Positions 1 to 13,426 of a stretch of DNA of 64,000 nucleotides are shown piece after piece. The stretch is from Octopus vulgaris (Eukaryota). The notes beneath the pieces were generated by a model. The model made no database searches and had not been told where the DNA came from. It saw nothing but the letters and a program-made list of their open reading frames with translations. The number at the start of each line of letters is the position of its first letter. Positions within the stretch are counted from its first letter, which is position 1. The translations under genes were made by a program, and so were the position numbers. The stretch is from contig OX597832.1 of the NCBI GenBank assembly GCA_951406725.2, positions 16,368,001 to 16,432,000 on the forward strand, in the 5' to 3' direction.

Positions 1-995
1 CCGATAACGAAAGTAGAACTATTTAAATTTCGAATTAGTTATTGAAATGTCAATAACTTTGATTGTGCAAAGATTTCTTTGTGCCGTTTATTATGCAACC
101 TATCTTAAGCATATACCATTCCTGTCATTTTTCTTCAGTAAATATTCAAATAATGTGTTCCACGCGGATTTTGTGTGTAACGTGGTACGCGTGATTTACA
201 ACAGCTAACTGACCAGCTTCCATCGAGGTGTAAAAATCATTGGCAGCCATTGTCAGCATAACGAAATATGTACGTTGCTTGAAAGCTGACATGTTTGCAT
301 TCGATTGTGTAGTGAGTATTTGTGTGTGTGTGTGTGTATGTGTGTGTGGGTATGTGTGTGTGTGTGTGTGTGTGTGTGTTTGAATATTTGTTCCTTTTAC
401 AATGAAACTGAATAATTTATATTTGTGAATACTATTTTATATGTGTGCCTAGTTTTATATATCAAACATGTTTCCAGAGTAACTACCTATGTTATGATAA
501 CTTAGTATACACTGAAATAACATTTTGTTATTCAGAGCTTTGTGTTACGAACGTTACTTCAGGTATTATTACTTGTGGTATTTGACTACGTTATGTTGTA
601 TAATGCAATAATTATATTTGTCTCGAGCCTGGATCTAAGAAAATATCCAGTCAGTATCACAAAGAATTCTGCTGAATATGAACAAATTACATCTAACAGC
701 TTGCAACGACAGCTATTTTGGTGAGTTGGTCTAAACTGTTACAAGTACCTCAGACTTTTTCTGAATGGATATTTACATTCCTATTACATAATATTATAAT
801 GAATACACCTAACGTCCACATATATACAAACATATGTCAGAATGTTTTACAATGAAAATATTTACTTTTCATTTATTCGACGTCCAGATATGTAAACGAA
901 AGTGAAAGTTAACAGCAAATAACTAGCATAGATAAACATTCACGCGGAATTATACGTACATACACACACACACACACACACACACTCACACACAT

Positions 996-1056
<61 letters not shown>

Positions 1057-1061
<5 letters not shown>

Positions 1062-1143
1062 TTTATTTAAAGCAGCAGAAAATTCAACAAAACCTTTTAC
1101 CGTTGCCGTTCATCGGACAGTTTTTGCTAGCAATGAACGGCAA
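1057..1143 (-). mobile_element. Deleted copy of the hammerhead-bearing Penelope-like terminus (same family as 32337-32566)
   Basis: TTTATTTAAAGCAGCAGAAAATTCAACAAAA is identical to the 32338 copy. The core reads CCGATGA on the minus strand and the GAAA/stem III segment is deleted. A short inverted copy (TTGCCGTTCAT/ATGAACGGCAA) follows the same TTTTTGCTAG turning point. Abuts (TA)n. Confidence 0.7.
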
Positions 1144-1631
1144 ATCAAATATGTATATATTCATTAAACCCTTGCCATACCTCAGTTCACATATCGTGAA
1201 CTCAGTACATCGCGGTTCACCTATCACGCACGCGGTACTCTGTGGTTTAGCTATTGCGCGCTCAGTACACTGCGGATTTTTCTGGTTAATATATATGAAT
1301 TCATATCGCGCACTCCTTAGTATATCACTGATTTCTGCTGCTGACATGTATTATTAGTCTTTAGATTATAATCTTTTGTGTGATGAAATATGCATTTACA
1401 CTCCTAAAATACAATATACTAATAAATATAAATAGAGTACAGTACTACACTGTATAACGCATTAATTAAAATAGGTTAGAAGGAAATGCATGGTATACCG
1501 TAGAAGAGTAAACAGAACATCGTACATACTGTATGGAAAACGAAACGCGGGAGGCGAGTGTGTTTTATTGTTTTTTATTTATAATAAAATAAATATATAC
1601 AAATTAAAAGAATGATAAAACAATATACATT

Positions 1632-1762
1632 GCGCAGGAGTGGCTGTGTGGTAAGTTGCTTGCTAACCAACCACATGGTTCTGGGTTCAGTCCTACTGCG
1701 TGGCATCTTGGACAAGATCTTGTGAGTGGATTTGGTAGACGTAAACGGAAAGAAGCTCGTCG

Positions 1763-1821
<59 letters not shown>

Positions 1822-2020
1822 GTGTCTGTGTTTGTCCCCCTAGCATTGCTTGTCAACCGATGCTGGTGTGTTTACGTCCCCGTCACTTAGCGGTTTTGCA
1901 AAAGAGACCGATAAAATAAGTACTGGGCTTACAAAGAATAAGTCCCGGGGTCGATTTGCTCGACTAAAGACGGTGCTCCAGCATGGCCGCAGTCAAATGA
2001 CTGAAACAAGTAAAAGAGCA
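1632..2020 (+). mobile_element. tRNA-derived SINE, family A (CORE-like, internal (TA)n(TG)n microsatellite)
   Basis: A-box TGGCTGTGTGG and B-box GGTTCAGTCC. 3' tail GACTGAAACAAGTAAAAGAG. Homologous to copies at 48093 and 63570. Confidence 0.9.
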
Positions 2021-2519
2021 AAGTTGTTTTTCTACTTCGCAGATTTTCAACTGCTCGTCATTCATATTCGTATTCTGCTTCATGGATATTCATACCGTAA
2101 GAATTACCCTCGCAAGAATGTTTTCCAATTAGCACAACAAACGTATAACGCTGCGATTATCAGAGGCATTCTTTCTCGATGAGCTTTAGTACAAATCCAT
2201 TATAGTTGCACATTTGAACTGTTGGTGAAGAGATCCAACTTTCCAGATTAAACTGATCAATTGCCGCAGCTCTCTTGCAAGATGTCAACCAACGTGCATG
2301 TAAACTTTAGAATACTGTCACGTCCAAGTATCTACCTTTGGTCACATTGGACAGATATGTAAGGAGAAAATGTGTCAGGCAAATTTTGAATATGAGGAAT
2401 TTCCGTTGAAATAATAGTACATATTTTTGCATAATGCAATAGTACTGGTTTCAAATTCCGATACACGGTCAGCATTTTCGGGGTACAGGTTACGCTGATT
2501 ACAACAAACTCTGTCCTCA

Positions 2520-2658
2520 ACAGGTACTTGTTTTATCAATATCGAAATAATGAACAGCAAAGTCGATCTCAGCTCCATTTGAACTCGAAACGTAAAGAGA
2601 CGGACGATATGCATTGAGCATCCTATCCTGCTCGGCATGCTATCGTTTCTGCCAGCTC
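2520..2658 (-). mobile_element. Degenerate tRNA-derived SINE, family B
   Basis: AAAGTCGATCTC...TTTGAACTC...CGTTTCTGCCAGCTC matches the family B copies at 22130 and 63400. Confidence 0.7.
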
Positions 2659-2716
2659 TGTTTATTTAATTGCTTTCGACACTTGTGACAGTGAAGCATT
2701 AATAATGTCTTATACA

Positions 2717-2830
2717 AAGGCAGCGAGCTGGCAGAATCGTTACTACGTCATGCAGAATTCTTAACGGCATTTCGTCTTAACCTTCCTCTATAACTGCTGG
2801 CTTTGGGCCGAAATATGGAACCGATAATTT
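2717..2830 (+). mobile_element. 5' head of SINE family B (degenerate)
   Basis: GGCAGCGAGCTGGCAGAATCGTTA...GGCATTTCGTC. Confidence 0.65.
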
Positions 2831-3061
2831 GATACTCTAAATTGTGATACACGCGAAAACTTACATACTTCATATGTCGAGTATGTGTCAATCATATCAT
2901 AACACCTATGTATACATACATATCTACATGAGCAAACCATTCTATATTTCCTTTGATTTCGCATAGAGGATTCACACCTTGTTCCAACGTTTGTGATCTC
3001 TTTCAAGTATCACACACAGACGCAGGCACATATTAATAGTCAGAAGGAGAGCGCGGGATCG

Positions 3062-3092
<31 letters not shown>

Positions 3093-4487
3093 GAGAGCAG
3101 CCTTAGAAACACTGGCGATAACTTCCTGAATGAGAAGTCTGCGACTTTGAAAGCAGTTGCTGAAAAGAGATAGGCAGACCTAAGCGAATAGCTATTTCAG
3201 GATATTTCCATAAACTGAACTAGACCTTAAAGTTATTATCTCGCATTGAATATCTCAAAAATCAATAGAGAATCTCTATAAATTCTGCAAACATTAATCT
3301 CCTACTCTGATATCTGCGTATTAGAATTCTGAAGCCACTCGAAAAAATCTATCAATGCTGCTAATGTCGTTTGTGCCCATTAATAATGACTCTTTAACCA
3401 TTGAATACACAGCACATCATTCTGTATTTTGTTATGTGTTTATTATAATTTCTGCTGCTATTACTGATCCCAAAATATGTATTCATGAATATATGATATA
3501 ATAAGCTCTATGGGAATATCCAGCAATAACGGTGCATTGCATTGTGCGTACATACTATAAAGCGAGGGAGAATGAGAGGTAGAGAGACAGAGAGAGAGAG
3601 GGGGGAAGATAATTCGCGTGTAATGGAGGCAGAATGATGCAAAGATAAATAGAAAGAACATAAAGAGGGGAAAGAAAGATACAAATAATATACAATGGCT
3701 ATTCAGATGTCTCAATGATTTATTTTTATGGTATGAAAAGGAATACATCTAGAAATGATAATAATGTATTTTAAAAGTTATTATCTCAGGTATAAAATTA
3801 TTTGAGCTAAAACTCTAATACTAACAGAAAATTGTATTAAAGCGATATTTTTCTTTTGCTAAACCTTGTCCTTTTGCTGTATTGATTTTAGTTGTTTCTC
3901 TTTCGCCTTCATCGTTTACATCATATTCCTTTTTCGATGTGTTTGTTTCTATTGAAAGAACTATAATACATTGAAATATTCTTGAAAAATACCACAATAA
4001 TACATTAAAGGATCTGTAATTCATTGCTTTCGCTTTATTTACTTCCTTGTTTGGTTATTTCTTTGCGTTTCATGATTTTAAATCTGATAACTGTCAAGAA
4101 CCGCATTTTTTTCCCTCTGAAATATATATAAATCTAATTGTTACTAGCGAATCCATCATAGTAGGTTTGAATTTAATGTACATGAAATGTTAATTTAAAT
4201 AACATCATTTAGGAGTGTGGTTTTTCAAGAGTTGCAGGACCGTATTGTAACAAAGAAGATCACTTCTTTCACAACCTTGCTGGTGGTGCTTTAAATAGTT
4301 CGATTCTCATTATTAACACAAATTATTTCAAATCGCAGTGCAACATATTTCACACAACGTGTTTACAATTTAATATTATAGGCAACCACACATGTGCTCA
4401 AAACATTATCTATTCGCGTATTGATAAATAATTACACATGCATCACACTCATATATAAACATATAATATATTTTGTTATCTATATAT

Positions 4488-4578
<91 letters not shown>

Positions 4579-5949
4579 ATACATAGATATGTATACGATA
4601 TTTGCTTCATTTGTTCCTTAAGAAACAAGTCAGATCACTGAACCTTTTTCTGTTCTTCTAGTTTCAACCAAAAAAACAAACATTATTATCGAGATATATA
4701 TTGTGATTAATAGTATTGCATATTGCATTTTGCATTTATTTTCTTTACCAAGCCTGATCTTAACGTTTAAGATTAACTAGGCTATTTTTTGGTGAAATCA
4801 ATAAAATCCACAACTACGAAAGATCAGGTTTCTTGCAATTCAAACCTACAATTCTACGTGAGGTTCACTCACCAAAAATATATGCAACTTTTTGCTGTTT
4901 TCACCAGTGTTTCCTCTAACGCATTTTCTTCAACGCTTATTTGATTCAATAGGATTCGAATTTTATTCGCGCCACATTAGGCAGATTTTATTTGCACTTA
5001 GAGTGTATACCACAAAAAGTTTGCTATACATCAAATTATTTGCGAGCATGTGATAATTCATGTGCATCCAGTTATCTACTTTACCTTATTTCTACTTACT
5101 CAGTATTGTCTGGATGCTCAAGACGTTGCTTCCATTTTAAAATTTATAGAGTACGATGACACATTGACATTCAGAAAACGATTTAATATATTACATATAT
5201 TACAGACGAATTTTTCTCAAACCTCTTTATGTACAGGTTATATCGCCTCTGAGTAAAATCACGTAGCGTATGCGAAGGAACCAAACAGCGTAATTTGTTG
5301 AGATGTCATTGCATCTTGTGACTGGACAGGACTCTCTACAACCATTGACGAATTAATTGCCCTCTGTAGCCTAACATATATGTTACAAACTTATGATCAA
5401 AGAGAGATATACGTGATGCCTGTGTAGTATAATGTGCCAACGATGTTCCATTGTTTCCGGAATTAAATTCAACGAATATCGTCACATTTACTTTTACTAA
5501 GACACACTTGCAACGTTCTTGGTCCTGATATCATTACTGGATACTAGAGTAGGCTGAAACGTGGATAGGTAGACTATGAAAGTCAGATGCTAGAGCTCTG
5601 AAATGTTCCATGCGTTAATTTCAACTCGTCTTACAAAAGTTTGCAAAATGAAAATATTGGAAGTTGTTTTGATATTTGTATGTTACTATATATATTTTTG
5701 CGGCGCTACTTCGAAATACCAGAACAGGTATTTCCCATTACCTACGGTTTTCTCAGAAGTTAATGATAAAATATACTCTCATTTGTATGTAAATCCACAT
5801 GTGACACTTCAGAATGAAACTAATAAAATGAATTGGATACTATATTTAGCAACATAAGAGGGCATAAATAAAACTGAAATGCGAGAAAATAGAATTTCTA
5901 TAAGTCTGCCATTAATTAATTTTTCTTTCTGCTGTTCTTTTTTGATTCA

Positions 5950-6610
5950 GCACCTGAAAACCTTTATGTTTGTAATTTATTTATTTTATTGTTTTTGGAA
6001 ATTACGTCTGAACTCTTTTCCGTGAGAGCATTTGATTAAAATTTAGATGAAGCATCCAACATTAGTCGGCCATCACATTGATATTTCATCATTCCTATAG
6101 CTCACCATTTAATCTTCCTGAGATCTTTCCTCTTGCTCCTCTCCCACATCTTCCAGATTTTTCGGAATGTAATCGATATGGGCATGGAGGAAATGAACAG
6201 TAATGCTCATTTTAAATAGTAAACTCTCGGAAATTTCCAGTATTACATCCTCCTGAGTAGACAAGAATTTCTTCATCATATCTTTAAAACTAATAAATAA
6301 ATCTTTATCCAAATACCTAGGAGGGTTTTCTAAATTGTTTTCCTTGTCGAGTTTTATTATATTTAGTCCTACAAATATACACTCTTCAGTCTTCACATCT
6401 GATAGATCAGTAATCTTGCTACGCATATACATGAATCCCTATCCATCCTGTGGCAAAGATTTTACAAATTGCTTCATGAAGCCAAGTTTTATATGTAGAG
6501 GGGGCAAAAGAATTTTGTTCGGTTACACGAATCTTTCTCGAAGAATATAGTCCCGGTATAAGGTTATACGTAATTGGCCCAAACTTTTTAGACCAATGGA
6601 GTTGGTGTCC
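5950..6610 (-). pseudogene. Decayed Chapaev3-like (CMC superfamily) DNA transposase
   Basis: Minus-strand translation across frameshifts gives KILLPPLHIKLGFMKQFVKSL, MSITVHFLHAHIDYIPKNLEDVGEEQEERSQED and NVMAD*CWML. These match the PLHIKLGLMK / HFLHSHLD..PENLG.VSDEQGERFHQD / MMADYCW motifs I associate with Chapaev3 transposases. Confidence 0.8.
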
Positions 6611-6929
6611 ACATTTTTAAAGCCTGCTTAAGAGTGAATGAGGTCACATCAGGGGAAAATCCGCCATCATTTGAGGTAGATCCAGATGGTTTGCTTCAAC
6701 ATTTTCAAGGCAGAGTGTGTGTTGTGCTCATAATTTTGAGCCGCTTACAAAGAGACAAAACATGCAGTAGAAGCATACTTTATCATTTAATCCAAAGTAA
6801 ATCAAGGCCAGTCGGGAAGGTGAAAATAAACATAATTTCCTCTCATTCCACAAGGCTTGCATTGATCAGCCTATGAACATTCCTGCCGGCTCGCGTGTGT
6901 TTATAAAAGGTAGTTAGCTTGAACACACG

Positions 6930-7120
6930 TTCTCACGCCGGGCATGATGCTTAGCGACTTTTCGACAGTCATTATTTTCTGAGTTCCAATGGGGGTGAGG
7001 TTGACATTACCTTTCCTGCTTCCAGGTCGATAAAATATATATATCATTTGAGCAATGGGGTGGATGTAATCCATTTACGCACCACCCGATATTGTTGGGT
7101 TTATATTGAAATTTCAAATC
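6930..7120 (+). mobile_element. Degenerate SINE family B
   Basis: CACGCCGGGC...TGCTTAGCG...TTCTGAGTTCCAAT...GAGGTTGAC...GGTCGATAAAAT. Confidence 0.65.
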
Positions 7121-7149
7121 ATTAATAAATATATTTAAGGATATATTTA

Positions 7150-7205
<56 letters not shown>

Positions 7206-7208
<3 letters not shown>

Positions 7209-7321
7209 AGTATTGTTTTATAGTTGAATATTATGACGCGAAATTATCTCCCTTTGCTTTGCCTTCCCCTCTCTCTTTCTGTCTCTCCCTCTTCCTCACC
7301 CTTCTCTCAACCGCGTGTCTT

Positions 7322-7357
<36 letters not shown>

Positions 7358-7890
7358 ACTCCTCCTTACTTTCGTCACTGCTAATCCTTTCGTACGTTGC
7401 TTTCAGGCCCTTAGGTCATGTTTCCCAGCACTCGCCAGTTACCTCTTCCGTCCCTGCCAGAACAAAGGCCTTTCGTTGGTTTTTTTCGTTTGTTCTCTTG
7501 TTTATTTTGATTTCTCGTATTGTAATTTATTTCTCGTTTTGTATTTTCTTGTACATGTATTTTTAATTTTGTATTTTTTCTTGTATTTTATTGTGCAGTT
7601 CTTTGTTACTTCCCTTTTTGTGTTTTTTCTTGCTTGTTTTACCCCTCTGCGAGGTTATTTTAATTTAATTCTCTCGTAGGAAGGCCTACATGGACAGACG
7701 TGTCCTGTCTTGCCTTCGAAACACGCTATGTCTGCTAGTGACAGCTGATGAAGGGGATTTTTCCTTGTGTAGCATGTCATGTACCTCTTTTTTCTGTTGT
7801 ACATATTGTTTTTCCCGTTTTCGTTCTCGTGTCCTTCTCTGGTAACAAAATGGCTTTTCCGTTTTCGTTTCTGTTACGTTTTACGTCTTT
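7206..7890 (+). mobile_element. Probable Penelope-like 3' terminal/UTR fragment between (TA)n tracts
   Basis: Pyrimidine-rich tract with hammerhead-like pieces: GAAGGC...GCCTTC-GAAACACG and CAGCTGATGAAGGGG. Lies between (TA)n tracts. Confidence 0.4.
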
Positions 7891-7993
7891 TTGTGGTGTC
7901 CTGTACATTTATATTTATATATGCATGTATATATACATGTAGATGTCGGTACGTACATATATGTTTGTTTGTATGCATATATTTTATTTATTA

Positions 7994-8041
<48 letters not shown>

Positions 8042-8069
8042 AGATAGATAGATAGATAGATAGATAGGC

Positions 8070-8180
8070 ATCGCTTAATAGTAAGAAGCTTGCCTTCCAA
8101 CCATATGTTTTTGGGTTCGTTTCTAAACGTGGCAATTTGGTAAAGTGCATTGTACTATGGTGTCGGGTCTACAAAAGCTA
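8070..8180 (+). mobile_element. Partial degenerate SINE family A head
   Basis: GTAAGAAGCTTGCCTTCCAACCATATG...GGGTTCG...CGTGGCAATTTGGTAAAGTG. Confidence 0.65.
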
Positions 8181-8703
8181 CACTTGAGCACATTCTGGGG
8201 TTATTAAAATTCGTTTTGTGTAAAATGCTTACTTATAGATGAGTAACCCATTTAAACTAAACTCTGCAAATGGAGATACCTACACATCTTGCTTATGTAA
8301 ATAGTCAAAGTACGTAAACATATAAACTCAACCGATGCCCGTAAACAATGTACATATATTAACTCAACATAATTAGTAGCAGAACATATCTCAATATAAA
8401 ACGAAATTTAGCACCACGAAGAACGGAAAGAGGAATTCAGAAACACAATAATAAATTATACAAAGAAAAGTAAACAGCTTGCAACGGTTGAATTCATTGA
8501 TTTACCATCATTCTTTTGCGTTGTAGATGAGTTTCTTCCTAAATGATATGAAATACACTACATATCAAAATCAAGAATACTAAAGCTATGAACGACAATG
8601 TTGGCTGAAGATGCTACACTAGATGTCCAAACGTGGACAGAGAGCAACGGCCTGTTTAAAATATATTCCAATACTACTGTAGACATATATGCATGAGTAC
8701 TGA

Positions 8704-8749
<46 letters not shown>

Positions 8750-8891
8750 ATATATAATATATGATATAATATATATATATATATATATTATATTATATTC
8801 TATATATACACTTATATATATAATATATAATATATATATATACATATATACATTTATATTTATACATATAATTTATGTGTATATATAAACT

Positions 8892-8952
<61 letters not shown>

Positions 8953-9699
8953 CATACTTTACACACATGCGCAATCACATAAATGTGTATATGTCTATAG
9001 AAAATTTTGTGTGAGTGAAAGTACTTACACAAGTTTGAGGCAAGACAGTCAAAAGTGATAGGAAGAATAGTACCATACTAAGATAGAGTTTTGTGAAATA
9101 GAAAAGAAAACAAATGAATGGTGATAGAGACAGAAATATTGAAATTGAAAGACGTCGTTAAAATCACGAGTAATATATTATAAGATTTAATACAATGAAA
9201 AGGGGCAGATACAGTGAAGGGGAAACTAAAGGCGACACAGAAGTAATTGTATGGTAGGACGTTAGGAAAAACGAGAAAAAATGATATATTTTTCTAAAAA
9301 TATAAATACATAGAATATATAACGAAACAAAGAACTAAAGGACACAAAAGACGAATGAAAAAAAAAAACAAATGGAGAACTACTTGTGTAAGAAGTATAG
9401 CAGTAATTTAACAAAAGAAATAGATATTTTTCTTTTCCACAACTAATGTATATTGTATGTTAATAGATGTCTGCTAAAACTCCATTATTTAGAAAATGAC
9501 GAGCAAAGGACAGCTGCAGCTGTTGAAAATGTAATGTAATGTTAACATTTTTCGTTCAGATTTCGCATTTTATTCGAGAACACATAATATAATATTCCGA
9601 GTGATACTAGTGTTAAAACTACAGCTACTTCACATACGAGCGTTTTGTTCGTGCAATTCATCCCTTTATTTTTCCTACTTATTCCGATTATAAAATCCT

Positions 9700-9800
9700 T
9701 TCTACTATAGGCACAAAGCCTCATTTTATTTTTGTCTGGGGACGGGACTGATCGATTATATTGACCCATGAGTTCAACTTCTAATTATTTTATCGTTCGT
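9700..9800 (-). mobile_element. 3' fragment of SINE family B
   Basis: TTTCTACTATAGGCACAAAGCC...GATCGATTATATTGACCC, as in the 22735 copy. Confidence 0.6.
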
Positions 9801-10303
9801 GATCTACCACTCAGGAGTATCGTTTCATGACTAAGCAGCAGATGAGGTCTTGCATACTCAAATATGTGCTTCAGGTGCGAACATCATAAGCAAGTACCAC
9901 ATTGCTCAACTCGATGCTAGATTATAAGCTCTAGACTTGCTTTCTAACATCTCTTTTCTAACATCGTCTTTCTGACTAGTTTCTTTTCCTAGACAGCTAC
10001 CAACAATGATTGTTCCCATCACTACTTCGTTATTTTCCCCCTGTAATAGCTGGTTAAATATCGTTCAAGCGATAATGAGCGTTATTCTTTCAAGTCCCTG
10101 CTTCTGTCTCTGGTTAATTCTGATTCTAGAAATTCTGAAGCCGTAAACTGCAGAACCACTACATCTAAAATGTAAGTAAATAACACTGTCCTAAAAAAGA
10201 AATTAAGTATATCTGAACAAAAACGTTAGCGAATTCGAAAATGCTACTTGATATCAACCACATGCTTGGAAGGATTTTGACCAGATATATTTGTGTCTGG
10301 ATC

Positions 10304-10417
10304 TCATCCTACAGGCGGCGGAGAAGCAGCTAGAGAGTTTGACGGAGACGGTGACGTTGAAAGAAATTGTGTTACGAGTGTGGGTGAATTTGTGCCACAG
10401 ACAGTGAAATTTGTGGC
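10304..10417 (-). CDS. Probable terminal coding exon of an unidentified minus-strand gene (phase 0: ATNFTVCGTNSPTLVTQFLSTSPSPSNSLAASPPPVG*)
   Basis: Strong acceptor on the minus strand (TTTTTCTTTTTCTTTTTGGTTTCAG|GCC), locally GC-richer unique sequence, and an open Ser/Pro/Thr-rich frame ending in TGA at 10304-10306. The reading frame is not certain. Confidence 0.55.
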   Translation of the reverse strand, partial: ATNFTVCGTNSPTLVTQFLSTSPSPSNSLAASPPPVG

Positions 10418-10483
10418 CTGAAACCAAAAAGAAAAAGAAAAATATGAATTATTCTATGTTACTTCGTCGAGTTGAAAGAGTGT

Positions 10484-10574
<91 letters not shown>

Positions 10575-11373
10575 TTAATTAACACTGCAAGTGTAGATGT
10601 TCGTCCTAAATCGAGTGCATATTGGTAAGTTTATATTTCGAAGAAATTCAAGGGTTCTTGCTCTCTGAACTGTATTATATCTCTGAACTGTGTTATGACC
10701 TTGTGCTAAATGCATTTGCACGCTTTAGAAAACCAAGATATTACTTGCAATCTGTCGGGTAGACATTGCGGTTGGTATGAACATCCTATTATTAAAATGA
10801 CACGCGATATTCAGTTGCACATACATACACATATCTATCTATCTAAAGCATTAGCGAAAAGTATAAACTTGACTGTTATATATAGACATATGGGAAAAAA
10901 CAAAACACACGCACACACTGATGCATAACGTGTTGTCTGTGTGTGTGTGTGTGTGTGTGTGTAGGTTTGTTTGTGTGCGTGTGTCTATATATATGTATAT
11001 AAATATACAGACTTGTATGCACGCGCACACACAGGCTCAGACACAGGCACAGTCGCACACACAAACATATATAGTTTGTATTTATGCATAAAAAAGAAAC
11101 AAACATTCAGAGACTGATGTAGATAAAATAAACAAGTTGTGTTGGTATCACGCCCAGCGAAAATAGAAGCTGTCTTTGAAAACCTCCAGCCTACTCCCTT
11201 CTACCAACAGAAAAGCACGAGGAGAGGAAATATGAAAGGAGAAAAAAATAAACGTTGACAAAAGAGACGTGTCTACATTAACAGTTGCATATACATGCAC
11301 CTATATATCTTTATCTCTATATAGATATACATATTTATACACACACATACATAAATATATATATATATATATA

Positions 11374-11413
<40 letters not shown>

Positions 11414-11429
11414 GCAAAAATTTGAATTC

Positions 11430-12090
11430 AAATGAATATGGTACTTAAGTTGAGGAACCAGAATTTAGTATGATGTTACCATACAATTTCAAAGCAAGGT
11501 GATTGAAGTCAAAATAAGCAACAAGAATATCCAGAGTTAATGCAGTACGATCGTTTCATGCAACTCTATTTACTTGAAGAATGCAATCATTACGTCACTT
11601 TACAATGCAGTGTAATCTTCAGCTGCACAAAGACATAGAATTTGATTAAATTAGAAAAGCTGGATACATTATTATAATTATACAAAAATTCTCCAAGAAC
11701 TTAAGGAGATGAAGAAAGAACATGCTGCGTTAACTCCATCATAGAAGCTACAAAGGTATCAAGAAGTTATACATTGTTACAGACTCTGCGTGTCACTGAT
11801 TTGTATTTATGGGTTTAGTTTTAATTTATAGACAAGTTTATCAAATCCTTGTTTTGAGAGAACAAAGGAGCAGTATCTGTTGGAGGTAGGGATGAGGGAG
11901 CCGACAGAAATTATAGTTGGTATAATCATAAAAATCAAGATTCATAAGAAGCGATATCATGAGGTTTGGTAAAGGAAACCTTAAAACAAGTGTTAGCTTA
12001 CAGCTAAATGAATGAATATTAGGTCTCAAGAATTAAAATTCCTGTCCTTGATTCGTTTGGCTCTAATTTTTGAAAACATTACACCAGCTC
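11430..12090 (-). mobile_element. Penelope-like retroelement 3' remnant (decayed end of ORF plus UTR with hammerhead)
   Basis: Minus strand gives RIKD...LRPNIH, similar to the C-terminal 'R.IKE..I..LRPNIN' of PLE GIY-YIG domains. It is followed in the same orientation by a hammerhead motif and is bounded by microsatellites. Confidence 0.55.
11541..11627 (-). ncRNA. Type I hammerhead ribozyme motif
   Basis: TGCAG-CTGAAGA-[stem II insert]-GAAA-CGATCG-TA-CTGCA. 5-bp stem I, palindromic stem III (ACGATCGT), GUA cleavage triplet, imperfect stem II. Confidence 0.75.
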
Positions 12091-12121
12091 AGCTATTGAG
12101 TGAATACGAAAAGAGACAATA

Positions 12122-12197
<76 letters not shown>

Positions 12198-13093
12198 TAT
12201 ATACATATGCCTGTTTGTATGTATGTGTATCTGTGGCAGTTAGTGTGTAAACTCTGTGCACGTTTACGTACTTTGATATGAGTTTTCGAAATGTATAAGC
12301 AAGTTTCTTTATACATGTTTACAGCCGGAAGAATACTTTACAATGATTCATACACAATACTATAAAATGTTTTGCAGCATTGTGTGAAAATGTAATTATT
12401 TATCTGGACAACAGATATTTCACTATGTCTTTTGTTATCCAATTTCCTACTCGGCTGTCAATTGATATTTAATAACCGCCTACCGTTGACTATTTTTGCT
12501 TGGAGATCTTGAGTAAATATTCGTACTGTATAATGTGAAATTCACATTGATGCGATCTCGGTCGGTTTCACTAATCGTAAGTATTACTTAATATTGTTTC
12601 AAAAGTACATCCGTAGGCATGAAACTATAGAATGAGTAAGCTCATTGAATGTAAATCCATATGTCCGGGTGTAAGAAGCTAAACGTGCTAAAATGACTTC
12701 GGATATACTTTCCTTTTCTTTCCGTCATTTTCTTCCGGACGCCAACGATGCTTGGGTATTAACTAGGCGCATTTTTCGTAATAAATAGCACCGAGACTGC
12801 CCTTTTTGTATTTCTCTCCTCTTGACATACGGTGGAAGGTACATCACATATTCAGAGATGCGGAGGCACTCGCACACATTTACATAGAAGTATACATACA
12901 TATGTACATACACATTTATATACATATATAAATATATATATAAAATATTAGATAAACACCTTTTATCAATTCAAAATGAATAATTAGATTACACCATCTA
13001 GAAAATTACATATAATTGAAAAGTTAAAATAAGAATTAAAAAGTAAAGATTAAGTAAATTACAAAAATGATATAATGTATATAATAGGTAGAA

Positions 13094-13180
13094 AACGACA
13101 CGTGTTTCGCTGCTATAGTTAAGAAATAATTATAGTAGTAGAAAAATCACTTGCATATAAATATAGTCGCTCATCAGGTT
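13094..13180 (-). ncRNA. Type I hammerhead ribozyme motif
   Basis: AAC-CTGATGA-GCGACTATA...TATAGCAGC-GAAA-CACGTG-TC-GTT. Intact core, palindromic stem III (ACACGTGT), GUC cleavage triplet. Confidence 0.8.
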
Positions 13181-13230
13181 AAAAATATAACAGAACAGTA
13201 AAATAATTAATTAATATATATATACTTTAA

Positions 13231-13315
<85 letters not shown>

Positions 13316-13387
13316 TTGTGCGTGCGTGTGTGTATGAAAATTTTAAATATGCTTAATTGAAAAATAAAATAATACTTCAATAAGGTG

Positions 13388-13426
<39 letters not shown>

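Noticed and set aside
542-726. Plus-strand ORF ending at a GTGAGT donor-like site
   Set aside because: No convincing acceptor, homology or partner exon.
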